64,000 nt of DNA from a plasmid. The stretch is from the sequence record NZ_CP071296.1, one strand, 5' to 3'. The translations under genes were made by a program, and so were the position numbers. This document shows positions 49,002-60,356 of this stretch, in pieces; position 1 is the first letter of the stretch, and every line of letters begins with the position of its first letter. A model generated the notes under the pieces. It saw nothing but the letters and a program-made list of their open reading frames with translations, ran no database searches and was not told the DNA's origin.

Positions 49002-49691
49002 TTAAGCATAATCATCTTCAAGCCTATCAATATCTAGTATTTTGATTACCTTTCCTCGACGCTCAATGAATCCCTTTTCTTCTAGTATTTTGAACTTACG
49101 AGAAATAGTTTCGGGAGTTGTTCCAATGAACGTTGCGAGATCTTTCATTTTCATTGGAATCGTAACAAGATTTGAATCTACTATTTTGACGAGTTGCAAA
49201 AGATAATTAGCGATTCGACTTTCAACATCTTCCATCATGAGAAATTGTGCTTGATATTGCATTTCCGCAGCTCTTCTCACGGTGGTTTCAAGTAATTTCA
49301 AACTTAGCTCGGGATATTTTAACAATAAATTTTTGAAATCTTGTTGTCGCAAAAAGCAAATTTTTGTTTCTTGCAATGTTTCGCCATAAAGATTCTCATT
49401 CACTACTCCAAACAAGGCGTCTTCACCTGCGTATCCACCAGGTTCAATTACACGTAGTAACTGCTCTTTACCAGCGCTAGAAAGCTGATATATCTTTAAA
49501 GTACCGTGCGCCACAATTGCGAGTTGAGGCACCGTAAAAGGGCTGATGACCGCTTCGCCCTTTTCAAAAGTCTTATGATGAACAACCTGCTCAACTTGCG
49601 CCAGTTCACTTTCTGAAAGTAAAGCAAATAGTGGGACAAGCTGTACACAGTGGTGTTCATCATGACTAAAATGATGTTCATACTTGCTCAT
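49002..49691 (-). CDS. flp: Crp/Fnr-family regulator (FNR-like protein Flp type)
   Basis: cNMP-binding-like domain plus C-terminal HTH (DLATFIGTTPETISRKF). Third gene of an orfX-orfY-flp arrangement. Confidence 0.7.
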   Translation of the reverse strand: MSKYEHHFSHDEHHCVQLVPLFALLSESELAQVEQVVHHKTFEKGEAVISPFTVPQLAIVAHGTLKIYQLSSAGKEQLLRVIEPGGYAGEDALFGVVNENLYGETLQETKICFLRQQDFKNLLLKYPELSLKLLETTVRRAAEMQYQAQFLMMEDVESRIANYLLQLVKIVDSNLVTIPMKMKDLATFIGTTPETISRKFKILEEKGFIERRGKVIKILDIDRLEDDYA

Positions 49692-49776
49692 TTTGGTAAT
49701 TCTCCTTATCTTATTATCGCGCTAAAATTATAAAACTGCAAGCTTTGTTCAATTAAAGCCTACAGTTTCGTAAAAA

Positions 49777-50325
49777 TTAATTGTCATTATCTTCATCTTC
49801 GTCATGAAAATCAGCAACAGCTTTACCCAAATCACCTGCCAAGTGACGAATAACTTGAAGATTGTAGCCGTAAAGTTCGACTACAACAGCCGCCAAAGCA
49901 AATTTTTCTTCTTTATTTGCTAGCTTAATTGCTCGCGTAATGAACATATTTTGTGCTTGAAAATCTGCAATGAAGCTTTCAAGTAGAGCTTCATCAGTCC
50001 AATATTTGGCTTTTGGATCCTCAGTAATGAACTTGTGATACTTTAAAAATTCTTCAGTTGTACTTGGTACAATCTCATTTTCGTCAAGAAGTAAATCCGA
50101 AATTTTAAAGAAATATTCATCTTCTTTTTTTGCAATTTCACGTAAATGCTCACACTTAACTGGGCTTTTCGCGTATATTCCTGCTTGAGTCAGTCGTACA
50201 TTTTCAATGAACAAATTGGATAAGACATGTCCTAGCATCGCACCAGCCGTAGGCTTGTGGTGGTCAACCTCTGCTTTATCAAGTTCTTTAGCATATTTTT
50301 CATCAATCGTTAATTTAGTCATCAA
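49777..50325 (-). CDS. dps: Dps-family ferritin-like protein
   Basis: Dps fold signature (..HVLSNLFIENVRLTQAGIYAKSP.. / ..EEKFALAAVVVELYGYNLQVIRHLAGD). Confidence 0.8.
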   Translation of the reverse strand: MMTKLTIDEKYAKELDKAEVDHHKPTAGAMLGHVLSNLFIENVRLTQAGIYAKSPVKCEHLREIAKKEDEYFFKISDLLLDENEIVPSTTEEFLKYHKFITEDPKAKYWTDEALLESFIADFQAQNMFITRAIKLANKEEKFALAAVVVELYGYNLQVIRHLAGDLGKAVADFHDEDEDNDN

Positions 50326-50370
50326 TTTTTTCCTTTATTCAATTTATAGTGCTGTCTTTACTGGTAGAAA

Positions 50371-50598
50371 TCACACAACAGTTACTTTGCTACTTAAAAC
50401 AGGGTACCCAAGTTTCTCAACCTTGCTGATAAGTTCATCAGCACTGACAACATTTTCGTCAAATTCTGCTTTAACTTTTGATGCATTGAAAAGCACTTTT
50501 GCATTTGCTACACCCTTAGTTGTAGTCATTGCTCCTTCGATTTTTGCCATGCAAGATGGGCAGCTCAATTCATTGAGTTTCATAATTACTTTTGACAT
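50371..50598 (-). CDS. Heavy-metal-associated (HMA) domain metallochaperone (CopZ-like)
   Basis: CPSC metal-binding motif within a ferredoxin-like ~70-aa domain. AGAGGTGA RBS. Confidence 0.75.
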   Translation of the reverse strand: MSKVIMKLNELSCPSCMAKIEGAMTTTKGVANAKVLFNASKVKAEFDENVVSADELISKVEKLGYPVLSSKVTVV

Positions 50599-50660
50599 AA
50601 GATTCACCTCTTTCTCTTTCTTTATAAATTAATTATAACTCGTTAGTACTAGCAAAAAAT

Positions 50661-50674
50661 TGATATCTATCAAG
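50661..50674. promoter_or_regulatory. Perfect FNR/Flp box TTGATATCTATCAA (TTGAT-N4-ATCAA) upstream of the orfX-dps-flp operon
   Basis: ttgatatctatcaagaatatcaa lies ~65 bp upstream of the HMA gene start. Confidence 0.55.
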
Positions 50675-51299
50675 AATATCAATTTTATTTTTTTATCTAC
50701 AAAATAATAAAGTTTCTCGAGTCTCTTTTTTAACGCTGAATAACCTTCTATGAGGAGCGCAATCAGCACCAGTTAGAGTCTACCGAGACGGTCCGCGGAA
50801 CGGTGTTTAAATCAATCCCTAATTTTGCCTGTATGAGATTTAAAAGAGCGAAACCATTAGTGATTTTTTTAAAACATCCATCGTACATAAGATGTTTGAA
50901 GTGTTCTGAAAACGCTATGTCCCCTCCTACCTGACAATCTTCCTGTCTAGCAAATGTGTGTGTTTCCTTTTTAAATAATTGTCATTGGAACTTCCTATCT
51001 ATTTTTATAAAAAAGTTATATTGAGATAGGTATCAAAGCTTTTAAACAAGTTTAAATCCCTAACGTGCTACATTGCTTGCGATAGTTTCTCTCATAGCCT
51101 CAAATTCAGTGTCTTATTGAACCTCCCTATTAGTAAGGAAAACTTTAATTGTAAAGATTCTAGAAGCCATCGAAAATGTCTCGATGATTTTATCAAATCA
51201 TTTTTGATAAAATCATTATAAACTTTATTGATATCAAAAAAATGATTCCTTTCAAAAAAAGAAAACAAACCGCATAAATTTTGGTTTGTTTCCATTCTT

Positions 51300-53162
51300 C
51301 TATTTCTCTCGATACCTAATCAGTCGCATGCCATTGACAATGACGATAAGGATACTAGCTTCGTGGACGAACATACCTGTGCCCATGTTGACAAAACTAG
51401 GTACTAATCCTGTACCTCCAAGAATTAGACCAGCCAGTAAAAAGAGCACAACTACAATCGCAATCACAATATTTTGTGTCATGTTGGCAACCGTGCGTTT
51501 ACTCAAACCATATGCATGGACAAGTTCGTCAAAACTGGATTTCATTAGCACGATATCGGACGTTTCAATCGCAGTATCAGTACCAGAACCCATTGCAATA
51601 CCTATATTAGCAAGTGCCAAGCTAGGGGAATCGTTGACACCATCACCGATAAAAGCAATTTTTTTACCAGAGTTTTTGAGTGATTTGACAACTTCAGCTT
51701 TTTCCTCAGGCATGAGATTGGCACGTACTTCATCGATCCCAAGTTGGTCGGCGACTGCTTTAGCTGTTGTCTCGTTGTCTCCAGTCAGCATAATCATACG
51801 AGAAATACCTTCGTGGCGTAGCTCTTCGAGGGCTTCTTTGACACCAGAACGCATTTCGTCTGCGATACCATAAACCAGTTGTAATCTGTTATCAGCTGCA
51901 ACCAAAACAACTGATGCACCTGAATCAGTGATTTCTGTGATGTCCTGTTTCTGCTCGGGAGAAATCGTAATATGATTAACCACCATCATTTTTTCATTAC
52001 CAATCAATAGGTCGTCTGCGATGATTCCCTGTCCTTTAACAACGTCTGTTTTTTTAAATTTGACAGGATTGAATTCTCCAATCATGCGTACAACAGCTGT
52101 TGCTAATGGGTGATCGGATTCATTTTCTGCTGAAGCAACTGCATCAATCAATTCTTTTGAAGCACCATAATTTTTGACGACAACAACTTCTGTATTGCCT
52201 TTCGTCAGAGTACCCGTTTTATCAAACAGAAGCGTGTCAATATGACTGAAGGTATTCATAACATCACCTCCCTTAATAAGGACACCTCTTTTTGCACCAT
52301 TACCGATTCCTGCAACATTTGAAACAGGCGCACCAATCACGAGGGCACCAGGACAACCGAGTACGAGAATCGTGATGGCTAGCTCTAGATTATGACTAAA
52401 AACCCAAGCAATAGCTGCAATAACAAGTACTGCTGGCGTGTAATACTTAGCAAAGCGGTCGATGAATTTCTCAGCAGGAGATTTGGTATCTTGGGCTTCT
52501 TCAACCAGTTCAATAATTTTACCAAAAGTTGTATCTTCGCCAACTTTTTCTGCTTCTACGTAAATTGTACCATTTTCTAAGATAGAACCTGCAAAAACCT
52601 TAGCACCAGTTTCCTTTCTGATTTCACGTGATTCACCTGTGATGCTGGCTTCGTTGACATAGCCAGACCCTTGGTAAATATGACCATCAACAGGAACTTG
52701 ACGTCCTGTTTTTACTAAAAGTTTATCACCAATTTCAACTTCATCAATATCTATTTCTTCGCCATCAGCAGATAGGGCTGTGCTGGGTGCCATATTCGTG
52801 AGTTCTTTGATACTTGATCGCGTTTTTTCAAGCGTTTTTTTCTCCAAAAATCCACCGAAAGCGAAGAGAAAAGTGACAATTGCTGATTCTTCGTATTCAC
52901 CGATGAACAGAGCACCGATAACTGCAATAGAAACTAGCAGGTCAATCGAAATTTGTTTCACTTTGATTGCTTGATAGGCATGAATTGCAACAGGTATAAA
53001 ACCGATAATACTTGCAATAATCATTGTCGAATTCCAAATCCATATTTGATTTACACCATATTTACCAAGGTATCCGAGTACAATGAGAATGGCTGAGAGG
53101 ATAACCAAGTGATTACTGTGTTGTTGAAGTTGTTTTTGAAAGTTCAGTGTTATTTTTGCCAT
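51300..53162 (-). CDS. P-type ATPase (P1B-like heavy-metal type) with an atypical CPG transmembrane motif and no N-terminal HMA domain, 620 aa
   Basis: DKTGTLT, TGD, GDGVNDSPSL. TM6 reads LGCPGALVIGAP. Confidence 0.75.
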   Translation of the reverse strand: MAKITLNFQKQLQQHSNHLVILSAILIVLGYLGKYGVNQIWIWNSTMIIASIIGFIPVAIHAYQAIKVKQISIDLLVSIAVIGALFIGEYEESAIVTFLFAFGGFLEKKTLEKTRSSIKELTNMAPSTALSADGEEIDIDEVEIGDKLLVKTGRQVPVDGHIYQGSGYVNEASITGESREIRKETGAKVFAGSILENGTIYVEAEKVGEDTTFGKIIELVEEAQDTKSPAEKFIDRFAKYYTPAVLVIAAIAWVFSHNLELAITILVLGCPGALVIGAPVSNVAGIGNGAKRGVLIKGGDVMNTFSHIDTLLFDKTGTLTKGNTEVVVVKNYGASKELIDAVASAENESDHPLATAVVRMIGEFNPVKFKKTDVVKGQGIIADDLLIGNEKMMVVNHITISPEQKQDITEITDSGASVVLVAADNRLQLVYGIADEMRSGVKEALEELRHEGISRMIMLTGDNETTAKAVADQLGIDEVRANLMPEEKAEVVKSLKNSGKKIAFIGDGVNDSPSLALANIGIAMGSGTDTAIETSDIVLMKSSFDELVHAYGLSKRTVANMTQNIVIAIVVVLFLLAGLILGGTGLVPSFVNMGTGMFVHEASILIVIVNGMRLIRYREK

Positions 53163-53226
53163 ATTTTCTACTTCCTTTGATTTTCTTTATGATACTAGTA
53201 TAGCGCTGCCCTTACTGATAAAAATT

Positions 53227-53240
53227 GACGACTATCAAGA
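53227..53240. promoter_or_regulatory. FNR/Flp-like box TTGACGACTATCAA upstream of the CPG-motif ATPase
   Basis: A 9/10 match to TTGAT-N4-ATCAA, ~65 bp upstream of the ATPase start. Confidence 0.4.
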
Positions 53241-53491
53241 AAATAAAAAAATTATACTATTTTACATGTTTCCTATATATAAGACTTAATATTGTATTTG
53301 GAATATAGCAAAAAGAATAAAACGATTGAAAAAAGTCATATAATAAAGAAAAAGGACTTGCTGCAAACAAGTCCAATATAGCCGAGTAAAAGTCGGTGGC
53401 AGTATTTAGTTCGAGAACTGTTAATTAGCCAAAGTTGATATGACCCTAAAAATATAGACTTAAGAACCTATAAATTTGGAGGTCATTTTTC

Positions 53492-53701
53492 TTGTCAAAA
53501 TATTCCATTGAGTCTAAATTAAAAGTAGTTCGTGAATATCTAGAAGGCAAGACTGGGGCAACGTTTCTTGCAAGAAAATATAATATCCCCTCATCAGGAC
53601 TCCTTAGAAGTTGGATATGGAAGTACAAAGCTGAAGGAGCTGCAGCTTTTCAGAAAAAGGTTAAACAAAATTATGCTTATAGCAAAGTTTTTAAAGAGTG
53701 A
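53492..53701 (+). pseudogene. Transposase HTH (IS3-family OrfA-like) remnant
   Basis: MSKYSIESKLKVVREYLEGKTGATFLARKYNIPSSGLLRSWIWKYKAEGAAAFQ; no adjacent orfB or IS ends. Confidence 0.45.
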
Positions 53702-54001
53702 AAAATTATTAAGACTATTGGGTTCAGGTAAAATATTTCTATTAATGTAAAAGTTTTTAATACTGTACATGTCGTAATCTTCGTCAATTACAGACTACTC
53801 TGTGTTATCAATTAAATAATTTTCTATAATAAATAATGCTTGGTACAGATAACCCTTTAGATTGTCTTTATTTATTCCTCGTATAAAATGAAGAAATCAT
53901 TGAATAGTTTGCCTTCAATTTTATATTCTGGAATCATAATTTTATCTGAAATTTTTTGTAAGATATTCATCATCATCTCCTGATTTTACTTTAAATATAT
54001 A

Positions 54002-54553
54002 CTATTTATTAATATATCGATAAATAGTTGTTCTCGAAACACCCCAAGACTCCGCAATGTTCTTTATTGGTGTTCCACTATCTACAAGTGTTTTAAGTAG
54101 CTCTATATCTTTCTCAGAGAATTTCTCAGGTCGACCACCTAATCTTCCTCTAGCACGTGCTGCAGCTCTCCCCGCAGCCGAGCGTTCAAGAATAAGGTTA
54201 CGTTCAAACTCCGCAAATGCTGCAAATAAATGAAACATAAGCTGTCCAGTAGAACTTGATTTGTCCATCGTGATATTTTCTTGCAAACTATGGAAACTTA
54301 CTCCTTTATCGTTTAGTGAGTTGACTATGCTGATTAAATCCTCCATATTTCTTCCCAATCGATCCAATCGCCAAACGACAATTGTGTCTCCGGGCCGAGA
54401 AAATTCTATTGCTGATTTTAACCCTGGTCTATCTTTTTTACTTCCAGACATGTGATCAGTAAATATTTTCTCACAGTCATATTTTCCAAGACTGTCTTTT
54501 TGTAAATCTAAATTTTGTAGTCCAGTTGAAACTCGTGCATATCCAATATTCAA
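54002..54553 (-). CDS. Serine recombinase (resolvase/invertase family)
   Basis: MNIGYARVSTGLQ catalytic N-terminus; C-terminal HTH (GVSRTTIYRYINK). Confidence 0.8.
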   Translation of the reverse strand: MNIGYARVSTGLQNLDLQKDSLGKYDCEKIFTDHMSGSKKDRPGLKSAIEFSRPGDTIVVWRLDRLGRNMEDLISIVNSLNDKGVSFHSLQENITMDKSSSTGQLMFHLFAAFAEFERNLILERSAAGRAAARARGRLGGRPEKFSEKDIELLKTLVDSGTPIKNIAESWGVSRTTIYRYINK

Positions 54554-54699
54554 ATTTCTGTACCTCCGTTAGTTTAATTGTACCATAACTTAAAACAATA
54601 TATATAAATGGACATAGATTAAATTATGGGTTAATGAACACAAAATATAAAAGATATTGACGAAAATTGTAGAAAATAAAAAGTGTCCAGAAAATGACC

Positions 54700-54790
54700 A
54701 TTTTATGAACATTCAAACATTCACTTGAATATAGATGGATGTTCTGATATAATACATTCAAACAAACATTTGAATGTAAAGGAATGATCG
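54700..54790 (+). promoter_or_regulatory. cad promoter/operator region with ATTCAAA..TTTGAAT dyads
   Basis: cattcaaacattcacttgaatatag and cattcaaacaaacatttgaatgta lie immediately upstream of cadC. Confidence 0.4.
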
Positions 54791-54791
54791 T

Positions 54792-55151
54792 ATGAATAAT
54801 GAAATTTGTGAAATAACTTGTATTCATGAAGACAAAGTTAATCGTGCTAAATCTAAACTAGCAAACTTTGATACTCCGTCAGTAAGTGGTTTCTTTAAAA
54901 TATTGTCAGATGAAAATCGACTTAAAATTGTACATGCTTTAGTTCATGAAGATGAGCTATGTGTTTGTGATATTGCTAATATCATTGATGCTTCGGTCGC
55001 AACAACTTCACACCATCTGAACTCCTTAAAAAAATTGGGAGTAGTTGATAGTCACAAGGATGGTAAGTTAGTCTACTATTTTATTAAAAATATCAAAATC
55101 TTAAATCTTATGGAGCTTGGCGTAAATTTTAAAGAAGAGGTGCTAGCATGA
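54792..55151 (+). CDS. cadC: ArsR/SmtB-family Cd(II)/Pb(II)/Zn(II)-responsive repressor CadC
   Basis: [10 protein letters not shown] metal site plus HTH; overlaps the cadA start. Confidence 0.85.
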   Translation: MNNEICEITCIHEDKVNRAKSKLANFDTPSVSGFFKILSDENRLKIVHALVHEDELCVCDIANIIDASVATTSHHLNSLKKLGVVDSHKDGKLVYYFIKNIKILNLMELGVNFKEEVLA

Positions 55152-57265
55152 GTGAGAAAATGACCGAAAAAACCTATCGAATAGAAGGATTAAGCTGTAC
55201 AAATTGTGCAGGTAAATTTGAAAAAAATGTAAAGCAGTTGCCAGGAGTTACGAGTGCAACAGTAAACTTTGGTGCAAGTAAGATTTCAGTAGAAGGCCAA
55301 ACAACAATTGAAGAACTCGAAGAAGCGGGAGCCTTCGAAAATCTTATCATTCGTGATGATCAAGAAAATGATGAACAAGTTAGATCAAAAGAGTCTTTTA
55401 TTAAACGGAATATCGCTTTAATCATCTCTCTTGGTTTTATACTTGTTGCTGTGATTTCCCAACTATCATTGGGCGAAGATCATTTATTAACGAAAGCTCT
55501 TTATATATTGGCAATAATAATTGGTGGATTTGATTTATTTAAAGAAGGGTTCTCTGATTTGATCAAATTGGACTTCTCCATGGAATCTTTAATGACTATT
55601 GCAATTATTGGGGCCGCATTTATTGGAGAATGGGCCGAAGGTTCTATTGTAGTAATACTATTTGCTATTAGCGAAGCTTTGGAACGATTTTCAATGGATA
55701 AAGCAAGACAGTCGATTCGTTCTCTTATGGATATAGCTCCCAAAGAGGCTCTTATCAGGAGAAACAATGTAGAGCAATTAGTCAGTGTCGATAAAATCGA
55801 TATCGACGATATTATGATCATTAAACCCGGACAAAAAATAGCCATGGATGGGCTTGTTATCAACGGTCATTCTTCAGTAAATCAAGCAGCAATAACAGGA
55901 GAATCGGTTCCTGTTGAAAAACAGTTAGATGATGAAGTGTTTGCAGGAACACTAAATGAAGAAGGTGTTCTTGAAGTCAAAGTAACAAAAAAAGTAACGG
56001 ATACAACGATTGCCAAAATCATTCACTTAGTTGAAGAAGCGCAAGGAGAACGAGCTCCTGCACAAGCCTTTGTAGATAAATTTGCAAAATACTATACGCC
56101 ATTCATAATTATTATGGCCCTTTTGATAGTGGTTGTTCCTCCGCTATTCTTTGGTGGTGACTGGAATAAATGGCTTTACCAAGGGTTATCCATTTTAGTT
56201 GTCGGATGTCCTTGTTCATTAGTGATCTCAACACCTGTTTCAATTGTTTCGGCTATTGGTAATGCAGCAAAAAATGGTGTTTTAGTAAAAGGCGGAGTCT
56301 ATCTGGAAGAAATTGGTCATTTGAGAGCAATTGCTTTCGATAAGACTGGAACCTTAACAAAAGGAAAGCCTGTCGTAACGGATTTCATTGCAACCAGTTC
56401 TGAAACTGATATAAATTATCTATCGATTATTTCATCGTTGGAATCTCTTTCTCAACACCCATTAGCTTCTGCTATTTTAAACGAAGCGGATAAAACTAAT
56501 GTGGATTACAAGTCAATACAAATCGAGGATTTCCAATCTATCACAGGTAAAGGACTTACAGGTATACATCAAAACATACGTTACTATATTGGAAGCCCTA
56601 AACTGTTTTCTGCATCAGTAATCGAAGAAACAGCGGTCAAAGTACAATACAGACAATTTCAAGAACAAGGGAAAACCGCCATGTATTTCGGTACTGACGA
56701 ACAAATTTTAGGAGTAATTGCTGTCGCGGATGAAGTAAGAGATTCAAGTGCTGCCGTTATTTCTGAACTCCACAAGTTGTCAATTGAACACACTATTATG
56801 CTTACTGGTGATAATACTAAAACCGCTGAATCTATTGGTAAGCAATTAGGTGTGACTGAAATAAAAGGAGATCTAATGCCTCAAGAAAAATTAGATTCGA
56901 TTAAAGCGTTGCGGACAACTTATAATAAAGTAGCAATGGTTGGCGACGGCATTAATGATGCACCAGCATTAGCTGCATCGACGGTTGGTATTGCAATGGG
57001 CGGTGCAGGAACAGATACGGCTCTCGAAACTGCTGATGTTGCTCTAATGGGCGACGATTTACAAAAATTACCATTCATTGTTAGACTTAGCCGTCAAACT
57101 CTAAAAGTAATTAAGCAAAATATCACCTTCTCATTAGGTATAAAACTATTAGCTCTACTACTAGTCATACCAGGTTGGCTAACACTATGGATTGCTATTG
57201 TAGCAGATATGGGAGCAACGCTTTTAGTAACATTAAACGGATTACGATTGATGAAAGTTAAATAA
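55148..57265 (+). CDS. cadA: Cadmium-translocating P1B-type ATPase CadA
   Basis: N-terminal [29 protein letters not shown]; 705 aa. Confidence 0.9.
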   Translation: MSEKMTEKTYRIEGLSCTNCAGKFEKNVKQLPGVTSATVNFGASKISVEGQTTIEELEEAGAFENLIIRDDQENDEQVRSKESFIKRNIALIISLGFILVAVISQLSLGEDHLLTKALYILAIIIGGFDLFKEGFSDLIKLDFSMESLMTIAIIGAAFIGEWAEGSIVVILFAISEALERFSMDKARQSIRSLMDIAPKEALIRRNNVEQLVSVDKIDIDDIMIIKPGQKIAMDGLVINGHSSVNQAAITGESVPVEKQLDDEVFAGTLNEEGVLEVKVTKKVTDTTIAKIIHLVEEAQGERAPAQAFVDKFAKYYTPFIIIMALLIVVVPPLFFGGDWNKWLYQGLSILVVGCPCSLVISTPVSIVSAIGNAAKNGVLVKGGVYLEEIGHLRAIAFDKTGTLTKGKPVVTDFIATSSETDINYLSIISSLESLSQHPLASAILNEADKTNVDYKSIQIEDFQSITGKGLTGIHQNIRYYIGSPKLFSASVIEETAVKVQYRQFQEQGKTAMYFGTDEQILGVIAVADEVRDSSAAVISELHKLSIEHTIMLTGDNTKTAESIGKQLGVTEIKGDLMPQEKLDSIKALRTTYNKVAMVGDGINDAPALAASTVGIAMGGAGTDTALETADVALMGDDLQKLPFIVRLSRQTLKVIKQNITFSLGIKLLALLLVIPGWLTLWIAIVADMGATLLVTLNGLRLMKVK

Positions 57266-57278
57266 CACAACAAATAAA

Positions 57279-57310
57279 AGAAGGCATGTTTATAAGCGTG
57301 CCTTCTTTTT
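57279..57310 (+). terminator. Rho-independent terminator after cadA
   Basis: AGAAGGCAtgtttataagcgTGCCTTCTttttat. Confidence 0.6.
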
Positions 57311-57365
57311 ATGATACTTTTTAGTTTTTTTGAACGCTAGTTATGAAGCAAACTATGCGCCATTT

Positions 57366-58174
57366 GGTTCTGTTGCAAAGTTTTAAATCTACTATCAAAT
57401 AAGGTAGAATAATAGAAAAAGATAGCAGGAGGAATGACGATGAATCATTTTAAAGGAAAGCAATTTCAGCAGGATGTGATTATTGTAGCCGTGGGCTACT
57501 ATCTTCGTTATAACCTTAGCTATCGTGAAGTTCAAGAAATCTTATATGATCGTGGCATTAACGTTTCTCATACGACGATTTATCGTTGGGTGCAAGAATA
57601 TGGCAAACTACTCTATCAAATTTGGAAAAAGAAAAATAAAAAATCCTTTTATTCCTGGAAAATGGATGAAACGTACATCAAAATTAAAGGAAAATGGCAT
57701 TATTTGTATCGAGCCATCGATGCAGATGGTTTAACCTTGGATATTTGGTTACGTAAAAAACGGGACACACAAGCAGCCTATGCTTTTCTTAAGCGGTTAG
57801 TGAAGCAGTTTGATGAACCGAAGGTTGTAGTCACAGATAAAGCCCCCTCTATTACAAGTGCCTTTAAGAAACTAAAAGAATACGGCTTTTATCAAGGGAC
57901 AGAACATCGTACCATTAAATACCTGAATAATTTGATTGAACAAGACCATCGTCCAGTAAAGAGACGCAATAAATTCTATCGAAGTTTACGCACTGCCTCA
58001 CCCACGATTAAAGGCATGGAAGCCATCCGAGGATTATATAAGAAAACCCGAAAAGAAGGCACTCTCTTCGGGTTTTCGGTCTGTACTGAAATCAAGGTAT
58101 TATTGGGAATCCCAGATTAAATCATAGATACCGTAAGGGATTTTATTCTTTATTTAAAACTTTGCAACAGAACC
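57366..58174 (+). mobile_element. IS6-family insertion sequence IS1216-type, copy 7
   Basis: IRs at 57366 and ending 58174. No TSD. Truncates the 3' end of the helicase gene. Confidence 0.85.
57434..58120 (+). CDS. IS1216-type transposase (228 aa)
   Basis: IS6 transposase homolog. Confidence 0.9.
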   Translation: MTMNHFKGKQFQQDVIIVAVGYYLRYNLSYREVQEILYDRGINVSHTTIYRWVQEYGKLLYQIWKKKNKKSFYSWKMDETYIKIKGKWHYLYRAIDADGLTLDIWLRKKRDTQAAYAFLKRLVKQFDEPKVVVTDKAPSITSAFKKLKEYGFYQGTEHRTIKYLNNLIEQDHRPVKRRNKFYRSLRTASPTIKGMEAIRGLYKKTRKEGTLFGFSVCTEIKVLLGIPD

Positions 58175-60298
58175 CTACCAGATGGGTCTGCACATTTACA
58201 CCAGTACCGCACTTATCTGTAGAACCAATCAGCACTTTTCTCTTACCTGTTCTCATTTCTTTGAACAAAATATCTCTCTGCGCATCCGTCTTTGCGTCAT
58301 GGATAAATGCGATTTCTTCCTCCGGGATGCCGTATTCTATCAGACTTTCCTTCAGATAATCATAAACAGTGAACTCTTTCCCTGGTGCTGGTGTACCACT
58401 ATCCGAAAAAATAAGCTGACAACCAATTCGGCTATCAGCTCTCGCTTTTTCGTATTCGTTCCATACATTCTCTGCTACCTTGTTTAGCTTTCCATCTGGA
58501 TTGTTCGGTGCGTCCTTATCAATTAACCTCGCATCCGTACCAAGAAGTCTTGCCTCGTGTGTAATCTTTAGAAAATTATCTTCACTTGGATCAATACCTC
58601 CGTTTCGGATTCGTTCCGCCCTTACTACAAAATCCTCCATCACCTGCTTCACATACCAGTCAGGTTCTGATTCTACAATGATTGGCTTTCCTCCACGCAA
58701 ATCTGGTACATCAAGATCAAGCATATCAGAAGTCTGTACGTCAGCTACCTCACGAAAGATATTCATCAGCTCAGGAAGATTGGTAAACTTATTGAATCTA
58801 CTCTTAAATCGAAATCCACTTCCTTCTACTGTCAGCTCCAGAGCTGTTGTTACTTCTCCAAAGTTCGCCGCCCAGGAATCAAAATGATAAATCCCCATTT
58901 CCTCCAATGCTTCCTTCTGCAAATAAAGCTGCATAACATACATCTCGCACATGGTATTAGAAATTGGAGTCCCCGTTGCAAAAACTATACCCCTACCATT
59001 ATTAATCTCACTAAGATACTGACATTTCAACTGCATGTCGGTGGACTTTTGTGCTCCGTTAGAACTGATTCCAGAAACATTATTCATCTTAGAAAAGATA
59101 GCAAGGTTCTTAAAGGTGTGCGCTTCATCCACCATAATAGAGTCCACACCCATTTCTTCAAAAGTAATCAGATCATCTTTTCTACTTTCATCGCTTAGTT
59201 TCTTTAACTGTTCCTCCAGTTTTTTCTTCTGGCTCTCCATCTGCTTAACCGTCCATCGTTCGCCATTCTTACTCTTTGTTTCATCAATGGCATAAGTAAT
59301 CTCATCAATCTGCTGATTTAACATCCTCTCTTTCCGCTCTGCTGAAATTGGAATCTTCTCAAACTGGGAATGGGACATAATAATTGCATCATAATCTCCG
59401 GTTGCAATTCGTGAGACAAACTGCTTCCTACGGCTCTTTTCAAAATCCCTCTCCGTTGCCACCAAAATATTCGCTGACGGATAAAGACGTAAAAATTCGC
59501 TCGCAGTCTGACCAATCAATGGTTTTGGTACAACCAAAATGGTTTTATTGGCAAGTCCAAGCCTTTTCTGCTCCATACATGCTGCCATCATTTCAAAGGA
59601 CTTTCCTGCACCTACACAATGAGCCAGTAGGGTATTTCCGCCAAGCAGAATTCTTGCTACTGCATTCTTCTGATGTAGTTTTAACTCGATTTCTGGATTC
59701 ATCCCTGGGAACTGCAAATGGCTTCCATCATATTCACGCAAACGAATATTATTAAAGGTTTCATTATAATACTCTACATACTTCTGCCTTCTCTCAGGGT
59801 CCCTAAAAAGCCACTCCTTGAATTTCTCTTTCATTTGGTTTTGCTTTTCTCTAGCAAGCATAGTCTCATTCTTATTGACTACATAATGGTATTTCCCATC
59901 TCCATCCTCCACACGGTCTCTTACCGTGACCGTTTTCAGATTCAGAGTCTCCTCAAAAATTGAATAAGCATCCATACGGCTTGTACCATAGGTCTTGGTA
60001 GCTGCCACAGAATGCTTATCCATGGACTTATTCTCAATAAACCATTCCATGCTCAACTTATTCAAATGTACTTGAATTCCCGAATTATACCACTGACTTC
60101 TGACTGCTCTAGCTCTTCTTGGAGTATTTAAAAGATCATAGACAAATTCCTCATAATCAATGGGTTCAATCCATGTACTTCCAATCCTCACATCAATATC
60201 CGATGCTTCAATATCAACAGGTTGAACCTTCTCTAGTGCCTCCACGTTGATTGCAAACTGCGGATTTTCCTTTACCATCGCTTTTGCCAAACGAAGTT
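58175..60298 (-). pseudogene. Large ICE/plasmid-type SNF2/DEAD-like helicase protein, central portion (3' end removed by IS1216, 5' part separated by the IS3 insertion)
   Basis: Helicase motifs [11 protein letters not shown] (Walker A) and [10 protein letters not shown] (DEAH box). The reading frame is open from the IS3 junction to the IS1216 IR. Confidence 0.6.
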
Positions 60299-60356
60299 TG
60301 GATGTATACTATAAAAGTAGACAGAACTTTATGTGTTATAATCTGTTTTAAAAGAC

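Noticed and set aside
51286-51873. Plus-strand 195-aa ORF
   Set aside because: It is antisense to the P-type ATPase gene 51300..53162 and is Ser/Pro/Ala-rich with no motif. It is a shadow ORF.
58162-59963. Series of plus-strand ORFs (58162..58359 through 59718..59963)
   Set aside because: All lie antisense to the long helicase reading frame, which carries Walker A and DEAH motifs. None has an RBS or conserved motif.
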